DNA from: an uncultured delta proteobacterium
GTDB lineage: Bacteria > Myxococcota_A > Polyangia > Polyangiales > Houyiibacteriaceae
Direction of reading: 5' to 3'
Assembly: GCA_963786865.1 (NCBI GenBank)
Contig: CAWBAV010000013.1
Location: 65,067-129,066, forward strand
DNA length: 64,000 nt
Under the pieces are notes generated by a model. The model ran no database searches and was not told the DNA's origin. It worked only from the letters and a program-made list of their open reading frames with translations. A program made the position numbers and the translations under genes. Positions 1-9,101 of the stretch are shown one piece after another; the stretch's first letter is position 1; the number at the start of each line of letters is the position of its first letter.

Positions 1-2241
1 CGATATCGCAAGGACCGAGATTCGGTCTCGGCCACGCGTCTCGAGGCGCAGCTTCACGAGCGCGCGGAGCGCTACGACCGCGCCATCGAGATCCTCCAAA
101 CGGCGCACGTCGCCTATCCGTCCGAGACCAAGGTGACGCTCGACCTGCTCGATGCCTACTACGACGCGGGACGCTACCAGGACGTCGTGGACGAGGCGGC
201 CGGGCTCACCGCCAAGTCCGCTGCACCGGGGCCAATCTACCTTCGGAGCGGGCAAGCGCAGCTCGCGCTCGGCCAGATGAAAGAAGCGAAGGTCGCGTTC
301 GCGGCAGCGCTCGAGGCCGATCCCAAAGACGGCGACGCGCGCGACTATCTCGACTACGTTTCGGGGCTCCTCGGCCAGGGAGATCACGAGCTCGCGCGGC
401 GTCCCGTCGAGCCCGTCTCTCTTCCCGCGAGTCTCGGCGGGCCTCCCGAGCCCGGAGAGGCCTTCGCGGAGGCGAGCCGCGACTACGGCGCCTTCTATCT
501 CGACCGCTCGACGGCGATCGCTTTCCGCCCGGGCGAGGACTATCGGCGGACCGATCGCTACGTCGTCCGCCTCACCGACCAAAAGGCCATCGATACGTTC
601 AGCTCCTTCGCGTTCGAGCTCGACCCTCTCACCGAGCGCCTCTTCGTGAACGAGCTGCGAGTCACGGACGGGGAGGGCCGAACCGTCGCCGAAGGCGAGC
701 TCTCGAGCTACTACGTCACTGATGACGCGTCGGACGGCATGGCGACGTCCGACAAGCTCTTGAACGTTCCCGTGCCCGGCCTCTCCGTGGGAACGACGCT
801 CACGCTCACGGTGACGCTCGAGCGGCTGAAGGCTCCGAGCGAGATGCCTTTCGTCCGCCACACCTTTTCTTCGGGGTTTCCGGCGCTTCGCTCGAGCCTC
901 TACCTGTCGGGAGATCTCGGCGCGGTGCGCTACGAGGCCGTGGGCGCGGAGGCGGATACTCGGGCCGAAGGCGGAGCGCTCTGGACGGTCGAGTCCCCTC
1001 CCCTCTATCGCACCGAGGACTACTCCGAGTTCGTCGAGCGTTTTCTTCCCTTCGTCTGGGTGGGCTCGAGCGGCGAGAACTGGGAGGCCATCGGTCGCGA
1101 CTACCTCGCGGACATCGAGGAGCGTCTCGTCGTCGACGAAAAGACGCGCGAGCTCGCGCGCGAGCTCGTCCGGAACCAGACGACGCGAGAGGCGAAGATC
1201 GAAGCCCTCGCCGACTACGTGCAGGCGAGCCTGACCTACAAGGCCATCGAGTTCGGCCGGCGTGCCTGGCTCCCGAGCCCTCCGAGCCAGATCGTCGAGA
1301 ACCGCTACGGCGACTGCAAAGACCACGCGGCTCTTTTCTACCTCCTGCTGAGAGCGCTCGACGAGCCCGCCGAGCTCGTCCTCGTGAGCACGACCACGGA
1401 GATCCAGCCCGAAGTGCCCTCCATGGATCAGTTCAACCACATGATCGTCTTCGCGCCGAGCTACGGAGGAGGGCACTTCTTCGACCTCACCGACAAGAAC
1501 CACGATCTCGCCACCCTGCCTCCGCTCGGGCTCGGGGGGAAGAGCGCGCTCTTGTTGGACCCGCAGCGCCCGCGGCTCGTCCAGATTCCCGACTATCCCG
1601 ACGACAGCAGCCGGGCGCGGGCCACGCGGACCCTGACGGTCGATGGCGAGGACCTCCTCGTGAGCGAGGAGATCTCCTTCGAGGGCTACTACGGCGCCTG
1701 GATGCGCTCGGGCTTCAAGAGCAGCGACGCCGCGGCGCGCCGCGAGCGCGTGCTCCGCTATCTCGACACCGGCCGCCGGGTGACGGTCGACGAGCTCGAG
1801 ATCGACAACCTCGCCGACCCGAAAAAGGCGCTCGTCTTCCGCCTGCGGTACCGCCTCCACGGAGTGCTGCACGAAGCGGACGACAAGCTCATCGGCAGGA
1901 TTCCCGCCGCCTGGGAGAAGACCCTCCTGGAGGTGCCCTGGGAGCCGGATCGCAGGACGCCTTATCGGCTCGCCTACCCGCTCTCGGTCCAAAGCGAGGT
2001 GCACGTCACGCTCCCCGAGGGCTATGTGCTCGCTTCCGAGCCCAGGTCTGACGAGGCGACCGATCCCGACCTCGTACGCTGGCGGGTCTCGACCGAAAGC
2101 TCGCGAGACGAGCTCGTCGTGCGCCTCGAGAGCTTGAGACCTCAGGCGCGAGGCTCGGCGAGCGACTATCGAAAGCTCGCGACGACCGTCTCGAGCTTTC
2201 TCGACGCCGCCGAGCCGAGCCTCGTGCTCGCGCGAAGGTGA
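1..2241 (+). CDS. TPR + DUF3857 + transglutaminase-like protein (5' partial)
   Basis: Frame is open from base 1 (RYRKDRDSVS...). TPR-like helices come first, then a DUF3857-like region, then a transglutaminase core with YGDCKDHA (Cys), FNHMI (His) and FDLTD (Asp). Confidence 0.8.
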   Translation, partial: RYRKDRDSVSATRLEAQLHERAERYDRAIEILQTAHVAYPSETKVTLDLLDAYYDAGRYQDVVDEAAGLTAKSAAPGPIYLRSGQAQLALGQMKEAKVAFAAALEADPKDGDARDYLDYVSGLLGQGDHELARRPVEPVSLPASLGGPPEPGEAFAEASRDYGAFYLDRSTAIAFRPGEDYRRTDRYVVRLTDQKAIDTFSSFAFELDPLTERLFVNELRVTDGEGRTVAEGELSSYYVTDDASDGMATSDKLLNVPVPGLSVGTTLTLTVTLERLKAPSEMPFVRHTFSSGFPALRSSLYLSGDLGAVRYEAVGAEADTRAEGGALWTVESPPLYRTEDYSEFVERFLPFVWVGSSGENWEAIGRDYLADIEERLVVDEKTRELARELVRNQTTREAKIEALADYVQASLTYKAIEFGRRAWLPSPPSQIVENRYGDCKDHAALFYLLLRALDEPAELVLVSTTTEIQPEVPSMDQFNHMIVFAPSYGGGHFFDLTDKNHDLATLPPLGLGGKSALLLDPQRPRLVQIPDYPDDSSRARATRTLTVDGEDLLVSEEISFEGYYGAWMRSGFKSSDAAARRERVLRYLDTGRRVTVDELEIDNLADPKKALVFRLRYRLHGVLHEADDKLIGRIPAAWEKTLLEVPWEPDRRTPYRLAYPLSVQSEVHVTLPEGYVLASEPRSDEATDPDLVRWRVSTESSRDELVVRLESLRPQARGSASDYRKLATTVSSFLDAAEPSLVLARR

Positions 2242-2244
2242 CCG

Positions 2245-2442
2245 CTAGCCCCGATCCGACTTTCTCGAGGGTATGGTCGATGCGAGATCGCTTGAAAAAC
2301 CCAGGTCGGAAGAAGCGAAAAGGCTCGGTCCGCCAGAGTCACATACGGTGAGCTTGTTAGCGTGCCGCCGAACCGGGAATCGAAGCCCACAGGCCGACTT
2401 TTCGGTGATCCCCACCGTCCATTTTCTTCGGATCGGGGCTAG
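2245..2442. mobile_element. MITE-like non-autonomous element, 11-bp terminal inverted repeats, flanked by CTAG
   Basis: ccgctagccccgatccga (2242-2259) is the exact reverse complement of tcggatcggggctagcgg (2428-2445). This parses as CTAG + ccccgatccga ... tcggatcgggg + CTAG. The interior is more AT-rich than the flanks and has no credible ORF. Confidence 0.6.
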
Positions 2443-2933
2443 CGGAGCCAGCCGGGAGGCACGCCCGCGCGCCTTCCTTCTTCGATGACCGCCTGCTTCT
2501 GACTGCGCGCCTGCTCGAGCCGCTGCTCGAGCGCCTGCCGCGCCGTCCCGCCCGACATGTTCTCGTTGTACTCGGGACGCTGGAGCTGGGCCTCGAGGTC
2601 GCGGATCCTCGCGTCCAGAGGGTCGAGGCGGCCCCGCCAGTAGGCCTCGGTACGCGTCGGATCTTCTCCCGCCGTAGCGCTCTCTTCGGTTTCGGCCGCC
2701 GTCGCTTCCGTTTCGGACCCTTCTTCGGTCGAGCTCGCGGCGGTGCTCGCGCCCGTCACCTGGGTCATCGGGCCTTCCGCGTACCGGAGGTCGGCCTCCG
2801 TGTAGTTGTGGCTTCCGGAAGCCTCGACTTTCTTGCGGCGCTCTTTCTCCTTCCGCGCGACCTCGGCGAGGGACTGCGCCCAGACGGAGCTCGCGAGGAG
2901 GAGAAACGCCGCCGTCCACATCAGGCGTCTCAT
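2439..2933 (-). CDS. Exported hypothetical protein, charged coiled-coil (164 aa)
   Basis: SD aaaggagg 7 nt before the ATG at 2933; signal peptide MRRLMWTAAFLLLASSVWA; SLAEVARKEKERRKK N-terminus and helical C-terminus. Confidence 0.75.
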   Translation of the reverse strand: MRRLMWTAAFLLLASSVWAQSLAEVARKEKERRKKVEASGSHNYTEADLRYAEGPMTQVTGASTAASSTEEGSETEATAAETEESATAGEDPTRTEAYWRGRLDPLDARIRDLEAQLQRPEYNENMSGGTARQALEQRLEQARSQKQAVIEEGRRAGVPPGWLR

Positions 2934-3109
2934 CGTGATGCCTCCTTTGTGTTGCAGGCCCCCATTGTTAGTGCAGGGCCGGGGGCGGTGCAAGCACGGC
3001 GGCGAGGCGGCCCCGGGGAATCCGTGGCAGCTCCGTGCATTGGAACGCCGCCGATCGGACACTCGCTGTCCGCGAGTGGATTCGGATCCGGCGGCGGTCC
3101 CGCTACCCT

Positions 3110-3241
3110 CTAAATACGGTCGCGGATGTCCAACAGCAACCGGGCAACGAGATAGACGGCGCCGGCGAAAAGCGCGATGCCGACCATGCTCTCGAGCGAG
3201 CTCGCCCATGTGCCGCAGTCGTCGCAGAGCGAGAAACTCAT
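3110..3241 (-). CDS. Small membrane protein, 43 aa, N-terminal CxxC (not in the ORF track)
   Basis: Hand translation: MSFSLCDDCGTWASSLESMVGIALFAGAVYLVARLLLDIRDRI*. Mostly G/C third positions; ATG lies 3 nt after the upstream ORF stop. Confidence 0.5.
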   Translation of the reverse strand: MSFSLCDDCGTWASSLESMVGIALFAGAVYLVARLLLDIRDRI

Positions 3242-3244
3242 GGA

Positions 3245-3397
3245 CTATCGCTCGGCGCCAATGGCCACGCCTGCGCCCATCCAATAACGAACCAGACCCA
3301 AGATCACTCCGATCACGTGGGCGACGATCCCGGAACGAACCCAATCCTCGATCGTGAGTCCGCATCCGTGGCAGATGTCGATGAGCGAGAACGACAT
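3245..3397 (-). CDS. Small membrane protein, 50 aa, N-terminal CxxC
   Basis: MSFSLIDICHGCGLTIEDWVRSGIVAHVIGVILGLVRYWMGAGVAIGAER*. Host-like codons; same MSFSL start as the downstream ORF. Confidence 0.5.
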   Translation of the reverse strand: MSFSLIDICHGCGLTIEDWVRSGIVAHVIGVILGLVRYWMGAGVAIGAER

Positions 3398-3636
3398 ACC
3401 CGTTCGACACCGGATGCATCGCGAAGGTTCCGCGAGGGCGGCTGGAGGCTCGCCTCCTTCCTTGTACTTTGCCAGTCTTCGGAGACCTCTTCGTCCGCAC
3501 CGGGGATGCACCTCGGCATGCCCGTCCGTACGGCCAGTGGCAACGGACCTTCCGGTTCGCGCCTCCGGCGGCTTGCTTTAGCGCGACGCCCCTACCCTGT
3601 TACACTGCCGCCAGCTCGAATCGAGAAGGAGACAGG

Positions 3637-5202
3637 ATGCGGCTACGTGCTACCGGACTCACGATGCTCGTCGGACTCATGGCCGTCGCGGCGCTTGCGC
3701 AGGATCAAGAGAAAGAATCGAGCGAGAAAGTATCCGCGGCGGACAAGCCGATTCTGGCCGAGGAGAAGCTCTCGACGACCGAGCATCGCGCGCGGGTGGG
3801 CGGCGTGGAGATTCCTTATACCGCCACCGCGGGCCAGCTCGTGCTTCGCGGCGAAAAGGGCAAGGCGCGCGCCAACATGTTCTTCGTCGCCTACACGAAA
3901 AGCGGCGTGACCGACGAGAGGTCGCGGCCCATCACCTTCGCGTACAACGGGGGGCCGGGCTCGGCCACGGTCTGGCTGCACATGGGTGTCCTCGGCCCCA
4001 AGCGGGTTCAGATGGCCCTGGAGGGATTCCAGCCCGCTCCGCCTTATCGTCTCGTCGACAACGAGCACACGATCCTCGACGTGACCGACGTCGTCGCCAT
4101 CGACGCGATCTCCACGGGATTCAGCCGCGCCGTCGACGGCGAGGACCCCAAACAGTTCCACGGCGTCGAGCAGGACCTCGATGCGTTCTCCGAGTTCATC
4201 CGTCTCTATCTCACGAAGTTCGATCGCTGGGCGTCGCCCAAGTACCTCTTCGGCGAGAGCTACGGGACGGTGCGCTCGGCGGGTCTGTCGGAGAAGCTCC
4301 AGTCCCGCTATGGCATCGAGCTCAACGGAATCGTCCTCGTCTCGTCGGTCATCGATTTTTCGACGCTCCGGGAGGCGCCGGGAAACGACCTGCACTATGT
4401 AGCCTTTCTTCCGACCTATACCGCCGCCGCCTGGTACCACAAGAAGCTGCCCCCGGAGCTCGCGGGCTCGCTCGAGAGCGCGCTCGAACAGTCGCGCGAG
4501 TTCGCTTTCGGCGACTATCTCCTCGCGCTCACGAAAGGTAATCGCCTGACGCCCCAGGAGACCTCGGAGATCGCGGCTCGGGTCGCGAAATTCACGGGGT
4601 TGTCGAAGGAGTACGTCGAGAGCGCCAACCTCCGCGTCAACCCGGCGCGGTTCCGGAAGGAGCTGCTGCGCGACGAGCGGCTCGTGATCGGGAGGCTCGA
4701 CGGCCGCTTCACCGCGATCGACGCCGACGCCGCGGGGGAGCGCCAGGAGTTCGATCCGTCGAACACGGCGCTCCAGGGCGCGTATACGGCGCTGTTTCTC
4801 GACTACGTACGAAACGAGCTCGGATGGGACACCGACCTGCCCTACGAGACGAGCGGCGACGTGCGCCCCTGGGACTACAACACCCAATATCGAGCGCACT
4901 ACCTGAACCTTCTCGATTCGCTCCGGACGGCGATGGCGCGCAATCCGTTCCTGAGAGTGCTCGTCGCGAACGGGTATTACGACTCCGCGACTCCCTTTGC
5001 CGCGACCGAATGGACGTTCGACCACCTCGGGTTCGAGCCCACCTATCGAGAGCGGGTGGAGATGACCTACTACGAAGCTGGCCACATGATGTACATCCAT
5101 CCCGACATGCTCGCGAAGCTCAAGAAAGACGTGGCCGCTTTTTACGCGGTCACCCTTTCGCCCTTGGCCGGGACGCGGACGAATCCCACGGAGCCTCAGT
5201 AG
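3637..5202 (+). CDS. Serine carboxypeptidase, peptidase S10 family, exported
   Basis: SD gaaggag; signal peptide; NGGPGS, GESYG (Ser), GYYDSATPF (Asp) and YEAGHMMY (His). Confidence 0.9.
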   Translation: MRLRATGLTMLVGLMAVAALAQDQEKESSEKVSAADKPILAEEKLSTTEHRARVGGVEIPYTATAGQLVLRGEKGKARANMFFVAYTKSGVTDERSRPITFAYNGGPGSATVWLHMGVLGPKRVQMALEGFQPAPPYRLVDNEHTILDVTDVVAIDAISTGFSRAVDGEDPKQFHGVEQDLDAFSEFIRLYLTKFDRWASPKYLFGESYGTVRSAGLSEKLQSRYGIELNGIVLVSSVIDFSTLREAPGNDLHYVAFLPTYTAAAWYHKKLPPELAGSLESALEQSREFAFGDYLLALTKGNRLTPQETSEIAARVAKFTGLSKEYVESANLRVNPARFRKELLRDERLVIGRLDGRFTAIDADAAGERQEFDPSNTALQGAYTALFLDYVRNELGWDTDLPYETSGDVRPWDYNTQYRAHYLNLLDSLRTAMARNPFLRVLVANGYYDSATPFAATEWTFDHLGFEPTYRERVEMTYYEAGHMMYIHPDMLAKLKKDVAAFYAVTLSPLAGTRTNPTEPQ

Positions 5203-5262
5203 CATCGACGAATCCGCGAGCGGCTCCGCGACGGCCAGGGTGAGGCTTTCAGCTCGGGGACG

Positions 5263-5931
5263 CTATCCCGACACGGCGACCGATTTGCCGACGTATTCCG
5301 GGCTCTCCGCGGCAGCGGTCAGAAAGCGGGCGACCTGCCCCCGGCTGACCTCCATCCGGCGCGTCTCGCCCTCGAGCGAAACGAAGGGAGGGTCGTCCGT
5401 GGGTCGGTCGGTGAGGTGGACGGGCTGGACGAGCACCCATTCGAGTCCGCTCACACGAACTTCGAGCTCCTGGGCTTCCGTGTCGCGGATCTGCGGGTGG
5501 AGGACCAGCCGGAAGAGCGCGCGATCGACGAAGCGGAGCCGGTCTCGCGTCTCGCCGACGCCGTAGCTGGTCTGGACGACGAGCCGCGTGACACCGCGCT
5601 TCTTCATCGCCGAGATGACGTTGCTCGTCCCTTTCGAACGGACGTCCATGGGCGTGCCCGCAGTTCCGAAAAGGCGCACTCTCAGCGGATTCTCGGTGAT
5701 GCCGAGCGTGACGACGACGGCGTCCTGGCCTTCGACGGCGGCGTCCACCGCCTCCTGGTCCTGGACGTCTCCCGAGACGGTCTTCAGGCTGTCGCGACCG
5801 TTCCGGAGCTCGTCGGCGTGTCGCGAGAAGGCGGTGACCTCATGACCGAGGGAGAGGAGCCTTTCCACCGTGGCGCGCCCGGAGCCTCCCGTCGCGCCAA
5901 CGACCAACATCCGCTTGGGTATCGAGTTCAT
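5263..5931 (-). CDS. NAD(P)H-binding oxidoreductase (atypical SDR / flavin reductase-like)
   Basis: SD aaggagg; VVGATGGSG Rossmann motif; family-like C-terminus VSRGQVARFL. Confidence 0.85.
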   Translation of the reverse strand: MNSIPKRMLVVGATGGSGRATVERLLSLGHEVTAFSRHADELRNGRDSLKTVSGDVQDQEAVDAAVEGQDAVVVTLGITENPLRVRLFGTAGTPMDVRSKGTSNVISAMKKRGVTRLVVQTSYGVGETRDRLRFVDRALFRLVLHPQIRDTEAQELEVRVSGLEWVLVQPVHLTDRPTDDPPFVSLEGETRRMEVSRGQVARFLTAAAESPEYVGKSVAVSG

Positions 5932-5958
5932 TTTGCCTCCTTCGGGGTTCTTGCCTGA

Positions 5959-6006
5959 CGTCCATCATCCATTCATCTGGACGGACGGACAATGGTTGTT
6001 CGTCCG
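5959..6006. promoter_or_regulatory. Putative operator repeats between the divergent oxidoreductase and AraC genes
   Basis: cgtcca-N13-tggacg (5959-5983) plus further ggac/cgtcc half-sites up to 6006. Confidence 0.3.
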
Positions 6007-6053
6007 AAGTTAATGCTCATTCGTCTTTGAATCTGGACATCCGGGTCGCAGGA

Positions 6054-7043
6054 ATGCATGATGGGACGATGGAGCGACAGGTCCCGGGGACGCCTTCCGA
6101 CCCGCTTGGTGAAGTCCTGCACCTGTTCCGGATGAGCGGGACGTTCTACTGTCGCTCCCACTTCACCGCGCCCTGGGGACTCGACCTGCCCCCGATGCCG
6201 GGCACGTTGATGTTCCACGTCGTGACCGCGGGTCAGTGCTGGCTCGAGGTTGGGAGTGGAGAGCCCCGACGGCTCGACCGCGGCGACCTCGCGCTCGTGC
6301 CGCACGGGGCGGGGCATCGCCTCTCGAGCGAGCCGAGCGCGCCCGCCGCCCCGTTGTTCGACCTGCCGCGCGAGGAGGTGAGCGAGCGTTACGAGATCCT
6401 CCGGCACGGCGGTGGCGGGACCGGGACGAGGATGATGTGCTGCGCGGTGCGGTTCGACCATCCCGCGGCCGAGCGGCTCGTCGAGCTTCTGCCGCCCGCG
6501 ATCCACCTCGAGGCGTGGAGCTCACCCGAGATGGACTGGGTCTCGAGCACGCTACGGCTCATCGAGCTGGAAGCGAACGAGCTCCGTCCCGGGGGCGAGA
6601 CGGTGTTGACGCGCCTCGCCGACATCCTCGTCGTCTACGCCCTCCGGTCCTGGGTGTCGCACGACCCTTCTGCGCGCCGGGGCTGGCTGGGCGCCCTGCG
6701 CGACCCGCGGATTGGAGCGGCCATCACGGCCGTCCACCGCGCGCCTGCGCGCGCCTGGTCGGTCGAATCGCTCGCGACCGAGGTCGCCATGTCGCGCTCG
6801 GCTTTCGCCGCCCGCTTCACCGAGCTCGTGGGCGAGCCCGCCATGCGCTACGTGACGCGCTGGCGGATGCTCGTCGCGACGCGTTGGCTCGAGCAGGACG
6901 ACGACAGCCTCGCCGAGATCGCAGAGCGACTGGGCTACGAGTCGGAAGCCGCGTTCAGCCGGGCGTTCAAGCGCGTGAGGGGCGTCTCGCCGGGAGCGGT
7001 GAGGCGACGGAAAGAGCTCGAAGGTCGAGGGCCGGCGCGGTAG
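6054..7043 (+). CDS. AraC-family regulator with cupin_6 domain
   Basis: N-terminal APWG...FHVV cupin; C-terminal WSVESLA..MSRSAFAARF and LGYESEAAFSRAFKR helix-turn-helix pair. Start codon is uncertain (6054 or 6069). Confidence 0.9.
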   Translation: MHDGTMERQVPGTPSDPLGEVLHLFRMSGTFYCRSHFTAPWGLDLPPMPGTLMFHVVTAGQCWLEVGSGEPRRLDRGDLALVPHGAGHRLSSEPSAPAAPLFDLPREEVSERYEILRHGGGGTGTRMMCCAVRFDHPAAERLVELLPPAIHLEAWSSPEMDWVSSTLRLIELEANELRPGGETVLTRLADILVVYALRSWVSHDPSARRGWLGALRDPRIGAAITAVHRAPARAWSVESLATEVAMSRSAFAARFTELVGEPAMRYVTRWRMLVATRWLEQDDDSLAEIAERLGYESEAAFSRAFKRVRGVSPGAVRRRKELEGRGPAR

Positions 7044-7171
7044 TTCGGCCTTCCCTCGCGCTTTGGTGTCCCTCACTCAGGCGCTACCCGGGCGATCCAC
7101 GTACGGCCTTGAAAGAATCACCGGGGGTATGACAAAACATCTTCGTTCGTCATTCAGGAAAGAGGGAGCGG

Positions 7172-8899
7172 ATGAACCAGCAGATGAAAGGCCTCTCCAT
7201 TCTCGTTCTGCTCGTGGCGTTGGTACCGGCATTGGCGTCGGTCAGTGTCGCGCAGCAAGCCGATAGGGTGTACGTCAACGGTAACGTCTATACCGTCGAT
7301 GAAGATTTCAGCAAAGCCTCCGCCTTTGCGGTGAAAGATGGTGCTTTCATCTATGTCGGCGACGACGCGGGCGCCCGGGCCCATGTGGGTCCTCTCACTT
7401 TCGTCGTCGATCTGGAGGGCAAAACCGTCATTCCAGGCTTGCATGATGCTCACATCCACATCCGGCTCGGAGAAAGGGAGCTGTACCCGCGAATTCCGGA
7501 CATCAGGCCGTCCATTGGTGAATGGGCTTCCGTAGAGCGAATGCAGGAAGTGATCAAGCGCTCCCTGGCTACCGGAGATGGAATGCGGCCCGGGCCCGAG
7601 CCGCGGTGGCTCGTCTTGATCGGCTGGATGTCGGATGTTTGGGACCCGCCGGTGTTCCGCAAGGAGCTGATCGACGCCGTGGCCCCGGACAATCCCGTCT
7701 ACATCATCCGGTACACGCATGGCAGCGCCGCGAATAGCAAAGCCTTGGAGCTCGCGGGCATCACCCGCGACACTCCCGACCCCGAGGGCGGGCACATCAA
7801 GAAGGACGAGAACGGGGAGCCCACCGGTGAGTTCGTCGAGAGAGCACCGCGGCAACTACTCGACCTCATTCCACCCCTGTCCCCCATGACCGACTACGAG
7901 CTGAGCCGAAACCTCGTCGAAGGGACTCAATTGGCCCTCGCCAGCGGACTCACCACGCTTCACGGCGCCAGCAGCGGCACGAATTACGATGACGTCCAAA
8001 GGGAGCTGAAGCTCTACGAAGTGGGTCTGCTCAGGATACGGATCAACCAAATGGTCAACGAGGAAACGGCGAAGAAGCTGGGCAAGCCGATGAACTACGA
8101 GAATAGATTCTTCGTGCAATCGGTCAAGACGCTTCTGGACGGAGCGCTGGGGTCGAGGGGCGCCCACTTCCTCGAGGAGTACGCCGACTACCCGGATTTC
8201 TACGGGGAACCTCGAGCCTCAGAGGACGAAACCGCTCGAGCGGCGATCGATCTGCTCGATATTGGCTTCAACATGAGGATCCACACCATTGGTGACGCCG
8301 CCAACCGGACCGCACTCAATGCGTTCGAAAGGGCTCTGAAGGCAACCGGGAAAGACGGCAAAGACGTCCGGTTCGCTCTCGAGCACTGCCAGGTGCTCAG
8401 TCGCAAAGACATCCCCAGACTCGCCGAGCTAGGGGTGATCGCTTCGATGCAGCCGCTGCATGCCACCGAGGACATGCACTTTGCCGAAGCCCGGTTGGGA
8501 CCCGAGCGCCTGAAGGGTGCTTACATCTGGAAAACACTGCTGAAGCTCGGCGTCGTGGTCGCGACCGGGACGGATTATTCCGTCTCGCCTTACAACCCGT
8601 TCTACACGCTGCATGCGGCGGTCACCCGACAGGACAGGAACAACAATCCTCCAGGCGGCTGGTTCCCCGAGGAAGCGATGAGCCGAGAAGAGGCTTTGCG
8701 GGCGGCCACCATGGCCGGTGCCTACGCCATGCACGCGGAGGACATCCTCGGATCCATCGAGGTGGGAAAGCTCGCCGATTTCGTGGTCATCCCCGTGGAT
8801 TACATGACCATACCGGCCGAGGATATCTGGAAGATCGCGCCAGACATGACGGTTATCGGGGGCGAGGTGGCCTACACGAGGCCCGTCGAGGTCCAATAG
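7172..8899 (+). CDS. Amidohydrolase family 3 (YtcJ-like), exported
   Basis: PGLHDAHIH, DGALGSRGA, HTIGD, EHCQ and GTD metal-binding motifs; signal peptide; lower GC than neighbours. Confidence 0.9.
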   Translation: MNQQMKGLSILVLLVALVPALASVSVAQQADRVYVNGNVYTVDEDFSKASAFAVKDGAFIYVGDDAGARAHVGPLTFVVDLEGKTVIPGLHDAHIHIRLGERELYPRIPDIRPSIGEWASVERMQEVIKRSLATGDGMRPGPEPRWLVLIGWMSDVWDPPVFRKELIDAVAPDNPVYIIRYTHGSAANSKALELAGITRDTPDPEGGHIKKDENGEPTGEFVERAPRQLLDLIPPLSPMTDYELSRNLVEGTQLALASGLTTLHGASSGTNYDDVQRELKLYEVGLLRIRINQMVNEETAKKLGKPMNYENRFFVQSVKTLLDGALGSRGAHFLEEYADYPDFYGEPRASEDETARAAIDLLDIGFNMRIHTIGDAANRTALNAFERALKATGKDGKDVRFALEHCQVLSRKDIPRLAELGVIASMQPLHATEDMHFAEARLGPERLKGAYIWKTLLKLGVVVATGTDYSVSPYNPFYTLHAAVTRQDRNNNPPGGWFPEEAMSREEALRAATMAGAYAMHAEDILGSIEVGKLADFVVIPVDYMTIPAEDIWKIAPDMTVIGGEVAYTRPVEVQ

Positions 8900-9101
8900 C
8901 GAGCACGGATCCGAAGTGGAGATGCTCCCGTTGAGAGATCGCCAATGACGTGAACCTTCACTGGTCGTTATCGAGGCGTCAGCCAGATCCTTCTCCAGGA
9001 GCGAGGCCCACGCATCGGGTCTATCCCCGTAAATGCAATCAATTGTAAGGATTCCGTTAGGCCCGCTCCGACCCGCCTCGTCGCGCCGATAATGAAACGG
9101 G

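Noticed and set aside
9055-9075. ttaggcccgctccga as a possible IS5-type end bounding the low-GC insert
   Set aside because: I found no matching inverted copy at the other border near 7,050-7,100.
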